Below, one piece after another: positions 57,715-64,000 of a DNA stretch of 64,000 nt. The notes below the pieces were generated by a model. It was given only the letters and a program-made list of their open reading frames with translations. It made no database searches and was not told where the DNA came from. The DNA is taken from positions 384,001 to 448,000 of the forward strand of contig CAWANJ010000006.1 of the NCBI GenBank assembly GCA_963783385.1, given 5' to 3'. The stretch's first letter is position 1. Each line of letters begins with the position of its first letter. The position numbers and the translations under genes are program-made. The DNA comes from an uncultured Gemmatimonadales bacterium. Its GTDB lineage: Bacteria > Gemmatimonadota > Gemmatimonadetes > Palauibacterales > Palauibacteraceae.

Positions 57715-58338
57715 TCAGCGCCTGGCAGGCCCCGCCGGAGGTCGGAGGGCGCGGCGCGTGAAGTCCACGACATGCGCTTCGAGACCGGCCGCCGTCCGTC
57801 CCATGACCCCTCGCGTGCGGCTAGGTCCGAGCGTCCTCCACAGCAGGCCGAACGAGAGGGTCTGAGCGAGCAGGCTGGCCGCCGTGAGCACCGGGTCTCC
57901 GGCCTCGACGCTTCCATAGCTCTTCCCCTCCCGGACCAGCGCCGCGAGGCGCACCAGCAGGGCGTGCAGCACCTCCGCGACGGGCTCGGGCGGCTCGCGC
58001 CCCGCGGCCGCCTCCTGGAAGAGGAGCCCGGGGAGATCGGGCTCCTCTCGCAGGATCCTGAACAGGGCCCGGAGTGCGATCTCGATGCGAGCTGCCGCGT
58101 CCTCGTGTGTCTCCTCCCGAGCGGCGACACCGTCGAGCGCCTCCATCAGCGGCTGGGTGGCTTCGGCCAGGACCGCTTCGTATAGGGCCCGTTTGGATCC
58201 GAAGTGGTAGGTGACGGCGCCGAGGTTCACCCGTGCGGCGCGGGTGATGTCCCGGACCGAGGTGGCGGCGAAGCCCTCGCGGGCGAACAGGGGTCGGGCG
58301 GCCACCAGGAGAGTGCGAGGCGTGTCCCGTGCAGCCAT
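57715..58338 (-). CDS. TetR/AcrR family transcriptional regulator
   Basis: LFAREGFAATSVRDITRAARVNLGAVTYHFGSK HTH. Confidence 0.93.
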   Translation of the reverse strand: MAARDTPRTLLVAARPLFAREGFAATSVRDITRAARVNLGAVTYHFGSKRALYEAVLAEATQPLMEALDGVAAREETHEDAAARIEIALRALFRILREEPDLPGLLFQEAAAGREPPEPVAEVLHALLVRLAALVREGKSYGSVEAGDPVLTAASLLAQTLSFGLLWRTLGPSRTRGVMGRTAAGLEAHVVDFTRRALRPPAGPARR

Positions 58339-58386
58339 GATCCAACTCCTTTTGACGTATCACTATACAGCGCTCAGCCCGGATCT

Positions 58387-58404
58387 CATACAACCGTTTG
58401 TATG
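58387..58404. promoter_or_regulatory. Palindromic operator, probably for the TetR regulator
   Basis: CATACAA-CCGT-TTGTATG about 50 bp upstream of the tetR start. Confidence 0.6.
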
Positions 58405-58713
58405 GCACAATGGGCCCCCACGGGGCTCCCGGGCAAGCCCGGCCCGTCCCCAGGGCACGGCCGCCGGCCCGATCACGGGGCGCTCCCCGGCGACCACGGG
58501 TCTCACGGCCGGGCCGCGCTGCCCTCGCCGCGATCCGGATCGAGGACGGTCGGCGGACCGGCCCCAGTCTCAACAACTGCTCCATCGCATCGGGACCATT
58601 GTTGATACTAGGTTGAGCAAGCCGTTTAGCGTGGAGGTCCGCGCCGCGGGCCGGGAGGAGGGGAGGGGATCGGGACGGGAAGCGCGCTGCCTCGCCACGA
58701 GAGGGGTCCGTCC

Positions 58714-61700
58714 ATGCACACACTTCGCTGCTTCGGTCGAGTAGGCGTCGAGGGGGCGGGAGGAGAGATCGTTCGCCTCCGCTCGAGCAAGCACCTCGCC
58801 CTCCTCGTGTATCTGGTGGCCAACCCCGATCACGAGCATCCGCGTGAGCGGCTCGCGCCGCTGTTCTGGGAGACGGAGCGCTCCCAGGCGCGGCATTCCC
58901 TGAGCCAGGCCCTCTACGACATCCGGTCGAACCTGCCGGAGCTGGGGGTCCGGGCGTCGGTCAACCACGTGGCCGTCAGGCGGGGCACGGTCGCAAGCGA
59001 GCTGGATCTGTTCGAGAAGGCGGTTCGCTCGAGCGATGTGGCCCGGGCCGTAGAGCTGTACAGGGGCGTGTTCGTCCCTGACCTGGAGTCGGTGGCCACC
59101 GAAGCCTTCGAGCGCTGGGTCGAGGACGAACGCCAGCGCCTCCAGCGTCTGGCCGAGCTGGCCTTCTGTCGGTACGTGACCGAGTGTGATGACCGTGCGC
59201 GCTGGGGCGAGATGTGCACGGTGGCCCTGCGGCTCCTGGACATGAACCCCCTGCACGAGGAGGCGCACCGGGCGTTCATGCGCGGAATGTGGCTTCAGGG
59301 CGACCAGCAGGCCGCCCTCGACCACTTCCGCCAGGTCGAGTCGATGTTGAGCGAGGAGCTCCCGAGCGGAATCTCTCCCGAGACGCACAGGCTCCTCGAG
59401 CGGATCCGCAGCTCACGGCCGGATCTTCGCCGAGCAGAGCCCGGTCGACCCGACCGGCCGCGGATGGTGGGGCGTCGCAAGGAGTTCGCGCGGCTCAAGC
59501 GGGATCTTCGCCGCCTCGAGGGTGGGCATGGCGGAGTGGTGGTGATACGGGGCGAGGCCGGCATCGGAAAGACCCGCCTCCTCGAGGAGATTCGCGAACT
59601 CGCGAGGCTGCACGGAGTGTCCCTCCTCGAGAGTCGCTGTTTCGCAGCCGAAACGGACGTGTCCTATGGTCCCATCGTCAATGGACTCTACCCGATCGCA
59701 CGGGTCCGCGCGGGGCGCTCGGACGGCGGCGCTCCTACGTTCTATCAACTGGGCGTCCTCTTTCCCGAACAGTTTCCCCGCTCCGCCACGCACGGAGAGG
59801 GCGAGCTCGAAGCCGACGCCGGGAGGCGCCGACTATACGAAGAGACGGCGGCCCTGCTCAGAATGGCAGCCGATCAGAAACCTCGCCTGTGGATCGTGGA
59901 GGACCTCCATTGGGTCGACGCGTCCTCCGCCTCGCTCCTGCACTATGTGTCCCGACGGCTGCGGGACCACGCCCTGCTGGTGCTCGTGTCGATCCGCTCC
60001 GGCCAGGACGTCGACGAGGCCACCGATTCCCTGCTGCACGACTGGTGCGGCCAGAGCGAGGCGACCTGCATCGATCTCGAAGGGCTGAGCGATGCGGAGA
60101 TGGCCGAGCTGATCGAGGAGGTCCGTCCCACCGAGTTGAGCGACCCCCAGGTCGACTTCATCCGGCGGCTCGCGAGCGGTAACCCCTTCTTCGCCCTGCA
60201 GATGGCCTCCGCGGCGTCCGACCTCCAGGAATGGTGCCCGGAGGCCATCTCATCCCGGCATCTGCTCACGGAGAGCCTCGAGACTCTCCTGGGAGTCCGA
60301 CTCAAGGGTCTGGGCCTCGAACCGGTCCGCCTGCTCGAGACCGTGGCGGTCCTGGAACGCCACGCCACCCCCTTCGTGGTGGCCCGGACCAGCAGCCTGT
60401 CGACCGGAAGGGTCGCGGAGATTGCCCGTACTCTTTACGCGAGGGGCCTCCTGCATGACGCGGAGGGCCGGCTCGAGTTTCCCCACGATCTCACCCGCGA
60501 GTATGTCTATGGAAACATGGGCGAGCTACAGCGTGCCGCCCTGCACCTGGTAGCCGGGGAAGTCCTGGCGGGCAGTGAAGAGGCTGTCAGCCCGAGCACC
60601 CTGGCCCGCCACTTCGAGCTCGGCGGCGATCGGCCCCGGGCCTACGAGTATGCCCTTCGCGCGGCGGAGCAGTCCGCTCTCGGATATGCCCATGACGAGG
60701 CTATCGCCCTCTCTAGACTGGCGATATCCCAGGCCACGTCGGGTGAGGAGCGTGCAGCCGGTCTGCGGATCCTCGCTGAATCCGAGTCCGCGTCGGGTAG
60801 CCTGACAGCCGCCGAGAGCCACCTGAAGGAGCTGGTCGACCTTGCCGTCCTCCAACCCGAAGAGACCATCGCGATAAAGCTGAAGATCGCCCGGGCGAGA
60901 GTTGAATTGTCGCAGTTCCGGTCGGCCGAGTTGATGCTCAATGAGGTCGAGGGCGCTATTCAGGGGCTCCAGAGCTGTTCCCGAACGGGCCTTGAAGCAG
61001 AGGTGCTGCACTGGCGTCTCAAGTCCGCGATGATGAGAGGTGACATCCGCGAAGCCGACAAAGCGGTGTCCGCACTTGAGACGGCCCTTCCGATCCTTAC
61101 GGGTTCGGGCAGTCACAGAGCGACTGCCGTTGGCCTATACAGCTTGGCCGGTCACGCCCTGTTCACTATGTCGATCGACCGGGCAGCTCAGTACTGCAAT
61201 CAAGCCTTGGATGTATTGGGTGACTGTGATGCGGATCTCCTGCTTCGACTGAAGACCCTGAATGGAGCCATACTCACGCGCAGTATGGAATGGACTTCAG
61301 CGAGCCGAATATTTGCGAGTGCCCTGGCGGAAGCGAAGCGCCTAAACGATGTTCGCCACATTCTTGCGCTTCTCAATAACCTAGCATGTTGCCACTTAGA
61401 GCAAGGTAGCTGGGCCGAGGTCTCAACCCTGCACGCCACTTTCGGCCGATTCGCTGCCGGTCTTTCCGAGACGATATCGTCGCGTGCAGATATCGATCTT
61501 AACTTGGCCAACTCACTGTTCTATCAGGGCCAGGCTCGTGCAGCTGCAGCGACGCTAGAAGGCCTCCTTGCAACGGCACGTCGGATCGGCAAGACATCCG
61601 TGCTTCTTGAGATGGAGGCGCTGAGGGGGCTTGTATACGCTCAACTTGGCCGCCGCTCAAATATGAGAGAGTGCCATGACCTGATAGCGGATCTGTCTCG

Positions 61701-62007
61701 GACGGATCTGGGGACAATTCAGGACAGGTTCAAGGTCTATTGGCTTAAAGCCTTCGTGGCACGTTGCGCGGGAACCGATTCCCCCAGTCTATGGGATGAG
61801 GCTGTGAGCATCGACGAACGCTCAGACAGGGTCGGACACCTGAAATTGCTGTGGCTCCAAACCTTGTTCGCGAGTGACCAGCCGGCCGCAGTCGATCCAA
61901 CAACCGATCCGGCTGGCCGTCGTTTGCTTGACGCTGGCCTGCAATGGTTCGCCTACTTTGCCCGGCGCTGGATGATTCAGGCATCCGGCAACAAGGCACT
62001 CGCCTAA
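58714..62007 (+). CDS. BTAD (SARP-like) / AAA ATPase / TPR transcriptional regulator
   Basis: N-terminal wHTH-BTAD (ALLVYL...SLSQALY...LYRG...FERWV...PLHEEAHR), GEAGIGKT, VEDLHWVD, GNPFF, C-terminal helical repeats. Confidence 0.92.
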   Translation: MHTLRCFGRVGVEGAGGEIVRLRSSKHLALLVYLVANPDHEHPRERLAPLFWETERSQARHSLSQALYDIRSNLPELGVRASVNHVAVRRGTVASELDLFEKAVRSSDVARAVELYRGVFVPDLESVATEAFERWVEDERQRLQRLAELAFCRYVTECDDRARWGEMCTVALRLLDMNPLHEEAHRAFMRGMWLQGDQQAALDHFRQVESMLSEELPSGISPETHRLLERIRSSRPDLRRAEPGRPDRPRMVGRRKEFARLKRDLRRLEGGHGGVVVIRGEAGIGKTRLLEEIRELARLHGVSLLESRCFAAETDVSYGPIVNGLYPIARVRAGRSDGGAPTFYQLGVLFPEQFPRSATHGEGELEADAGRRRLYEETAALLRMAADQKPRLWIVEDLHWVDASSASLLHYVSRRLRDHALLVLVSIRSGQDVDEATDSLLHDWCGQSEATCIDLEGLSDAEMAELIEEVRPTELSDPQVDFIRRLASGNPFFALQMASAASDLQEWCPEAISSRHLLTESLETLLGVRLKGLGLEPVRLLETVAVLERHATPFVVARTSSLSTGRVAEIARTLYARGLLHDAEGRLEFPHDLTREYVYGNMGELQRAALHLVAGEVLAGSEEAVSPSTLARHFELGGDRPRAYEYALRAAEQSALGYAHDEAIALSRLAISQATSGEERAAGLRILAESESASGSLTAAESHLKELVDLAVLQPEETIAIKLKIARARVELSQFRSAELMLNEVEGAIQGLQSCSRTGLEAEVLHWRLKSAMMRGDIREADKAVSALETALPILTGSGSHRATAVGLYSLAGHALFTMSIDRAAQYCNQALDVLGDCDADLLLRLKTLNGAILTRSMEWTSASRIFASALAEAKRLNDVRHILALLNNLACCHLEQGSWAEVSTLHATFGRFAAGLSETISSRADIDLNLANSLFYQGQARAAAATLEGLLATARRIGKTSVLLEMEALRGLVYAQLGRRSNMRECHDLIADLSRTDLGTIQDRFKVYWLKAFVARCAGTDSPSLWDEAVSIDERSDRVGHLKLLWLQTLFASDQPAAVDPTTDPAGRRLLDAGLQWFAYFARRWMIQASGNKALA

Positions 62008-62107
62008 ATACGGATGACCGCGGCCGCTCGAGATCGCGACCGGTGAGCAAAACCTCGGCTAGGACTTTGAAGGGGCCTTCGGGAGAGCGCTCCGAACCGA
62101 CGAGGAG

Positions 62108-63451
62108 CTATGACAGCGCGACGGACCTCTGAGGCGGTTCTTCCTCATCTTTGTTCATGCTTGGCTGTATGGCGTCGCTAGTGCTGTCGATGACTTCACC
62201 GAACAAGCCTGTTGCAAGGAAGGACTTCACAATGTGTGGATCAAACTGGGAACCCGTGCACTTGAGTAGTTCCGCCCGGACCACAGCAACTGGCAGCGCA
62301 TCTCGGTAAGGGCGCGCCGTGAGCATAGCGTCGATCGTGTCCGAAACCATAATGATACGGGCTCCAAGAGGGATCTCCTCTCCGGCGAGGCCCGCAGGAT
62401 ACCCGGTGCCATCGAAGCGCTCGTGGTGGTGCCGGACGCAAGCAAGCACCTTGGGGTCCAGTGCGCGAACGGACTGGATGATTTCAACGCCGCGTTCCGG
62501 GTGAGACCGAATGAGCTGTCGTTGGTCGGGTGTCAGCGGACCCTTCTGACGAAGAATGCGACTGAACTCGTTCCCGATCTTCCCAATGTCATGCAGAAGT
62601 GCCGCGGTTTCAATGATTCGAACATGCTTTGCCCGTAGGCCAAGCTGTTCAGCAACGATCTTGGCACGCTCCGCAACCCTGATTGAGTGGCCCGACGTAT
62701 ATGGGTCTTGGGCTTCAAGTGTCTTGACGAGGACCCGTAGAAGATCCCGGTTCAGTTGCTGCAGCTGAATGTTTACGCCGTAGCTGTATCGCAGTCCGAT
62801 AATCGGAACAACAGCAAGAATAAGCGCTAGGACGCCCCACCTTACGTATAGATAGGCTACCGCATACGCAAATGGGCTTACGACGATATCAAAGAGTACA
62901 GTCTTTCCATAGAGCCGTATCCAAATGTCTGTGAATGGCTCTCCTTCGGAAAGCGACATTATGGAACTGACAGCAACGGAGTTAGTGGCAAAGTAGGTCA
63001 CCGCTGCGGCAACAAAGGCTGGAAAGGCCTGCGAGAATGTCAGGACGGAAAGGCTTGGCTCGCCTCCCAGCGCGATATAGACGAAGCCTGCTACGCCAAT
63101 GGACAGTACCGATTGCGCAACATTAAAGGCGACCTTGCGCGGCTGGTTGCGAAAGATAAAGTGCTGAGTGACTAGGCCTGAAACGACGCTCTCGACGAGG
63201 GCGCCTGCCGGACCCAGGAGAATCAGACAGCCGAGTTCCGGCAGGAACTCGAGAGACGCGACCGAACCCGTAGACGTGACCCTAAAAGAAAGGTGAGAGG
63301 CCAGAACGGAAAGGAGGATGAAGAGTGCTAGGGCCAGCATCCAGGAAGCACCAGCATAAGGCTGGAATACCACCAGTATAACGGCTGACATGAGGAAGGC
63401 CGCTAGAACGGTGGTTCCAATGAAGACGCTAATGCGATTGTCGCCAGACAT
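62108..63451 (-). CDS. Membrane-anchored HD-GYP domain protein (c-di-GMP phosphodiesterase-like)
   Basis: Multi-TM N-terminus, then DPYTSGHS, LLHDIGK, HHERFDGTGYP, IPLGARII..SD, QFDP; start ATG 63451. Confidence 0.93.
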   Translation of the reverse strand: MSGDNRISVFIGTTVLAAFLMSAVILVVFQPYAGASWMLALALFILLSVLASHLSFRVTSTGSVASLEFLPELGCLILLGPAGALVESVVSGLVTQHFIFRNQPRKVAFNVAQSVLSIGVAGFVYIALGGEPSLSVLTFSQAFPAFVAAAVTYFATNSVAVSSIMSLSEGEPFTDIWIRLYGKTVLFDIVVSPFAYAVAYLYVRWGVLALILAVVPIIGLRYSYGVNIQLQQLNRDLLRVLVKTLEAQDPYTSGHSIRVAERAKIVAEQLGLRAKHVRIIETAALLHDIGKIGNEFSRILRQKGPLTPDQRQLIRSHPERGVEIIQSVRALDPKVLACVRHHHERFDGTGYPAGLAGEEIPLGARIIMVSDTIDAMLTARPYRDALPVAVVRAELLKCTGSQFDPHIVKSFLATGLFGEVIDSTSDAIQPSMNKDEEEPPQRSVALS

Positions 63452-63492
63452 AGCCCCGCGCAAGTTGAGAAGGCCTCCCAGCCTTCAAGCGC

Positions 63493-63558
63493 TTACCAGA
63501 GGATCTTACCGGTCCAGAGAATCTTGCCGGTGAATAAAGCCATTGCCCAAGCAAGCAT
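63493..63558 (-). CDS. 21-aa peptide MLAWAMALFTGKILWTGKILW
   Basis: AAAGGAGGT SD 9 nt before the ATG; 18-nt tandem repeat differing only at two synonymous positions; TAA stop 41 nt upstream of the HD-GYP start. Confidence 0.8.
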   Translation of the reverse strand: MLAWAMALFTGKILWTGKILW

Positions 63559-63854
63559 AATAGCTACACCTCCTTTATTGAGAAGTCGTAGCCTTTCGCT
63601 ATCGGCTACGCTTCAGCTTCGCTCGGAGGTTTCGCTCAGCTCGAGCTTTGGCAAGTCACCGTGACTGGGGAGGTTCCCGACAATAATGTGACTCAGCCAA
63701 GAGGGCAATTTGGCCCATCGTTCAGTCGTCTGCGGCAAACTGCACTGCCTCCGGGCCGCATCGAATGAAGAGCAGGATCTTGGAAACAGTCGATCGGTCG
63801 ATACCTCGGATGCTTCAAAGTCGCGACCGTCGACTGGCCTAGCTTTCTGCCACC

Positions 63855-64000
63855 TCACGGCGATGCCCACCGATTCGTTGCCTGGAGGCACGCAAGCACG
63901 GAGGCCTCCTCGGCGGAGTCGGTGATCAGGCTGATTCCAGTCAAGATGATCGTATTACGACGCTCCTGGCCCTGTATGAGAGCCACGAGCAGATCTCGGC
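63855..64000 (-). CDS. Possible 3' end of an unknown gene entering from the right edge
   Basis: Open frame ...RDLLVALIQGQERRNTIILTGISLITDSAEEASVLACLQATNRWASP* with no recognisable motif. Confidence 0.3.
   Translation of the reverse strand, partial: RDLLVALIQGQERRNTIILTGISLITDSAEEASVLACLQATNRWASP

Larger units (their letters stand above)
60700..64000. other. Lower-GC accessory region (left boundary approximate, right boundary outside the window)
   Basis: Hand counts of sample 60-nt lines give about 52-55% GC (60901, 61321, 62821) versus about 70% at 59041; many A/T-ending codons. Confidence 0.7.

Noticed and set aside
665-58200. Many long overlapping or antisense ORFs in the track (e.g. 665..2014+, 3203..4987+, 26874..30854-, 31255..33801-, 33431..36316-, 51951..54362-)
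   Set aside because: Shadow frames of real genes in a high-GC genome: Arg/Pro/Gly-rich, no motifs. Only the embedded acylphosphatase and epimerase segments are real.
63587-63700. c-di-GMP riboswitch upstream of the peptide/HD-GYP unit
   Set aside because: A hairpin is present, but the class I GCAAA/GAAA tetraloop-receptor arrangement was not found.
63613-63925. ORFs 63613..63891(-) and 63710..63925(+)
   Set aside because: No motifs or convincing RBS; they overlap the probable promoter/leader of the peptide gene.
1-64000. CRISPR arrays, tRNA/rRNA genes, IS elements, integrases, prophage genes
   Set aside because: No regularly spaced repeats, cloverleaf or rRNA-like sequence, or transposase/integrase motifs were seen by eye.

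Overview
High-GC bacterial chromosome segment covering the replication origin: dnaN-oriC-dnaA, rpmH-rnpA-yidD-yidC, parS and parA-parB. The gene set suggests Gemmatimonadota, which is an inference. The core region holds housekeeping and envelope genes (2-oxoacid dehydrogenase E1a/E1b/E2, YgfZ, YitJ-like methionine enzyme, a fused aconitase-family protein, peptidases). It also holds an apparent sphingolipid operon (SPT, GNAT ceramide synthase, reductase, AUR1-like PAP2), an ECF sigma/anti-sigma/PDZ unit and a LuxE/LuxC pair. Four genes are broken by single-base frameshifts, probably assembly indels. From about 60.7 kb the GC content drops. This part carries the TPR end of a BTAD-AAA regulator, a membrane-anchored HD-GYP protein and an unannotated 21-aa ORF (MLAWAMALF-TGKILW-TGKILW) with a strong RBS and a synonymously diverged tandem repeat. 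That cassette is my best candidate for an undescribed peptide/c-di-GMP signalling system. Other oddities are a stand-alone LAGLIDADG-like gene beside parS, an Fpg lacking its catalytic Pro, and a PIN 'toxin' lacking most catalytic acids. No rRNA, tRNA, CRISPR array or transposase was seen.
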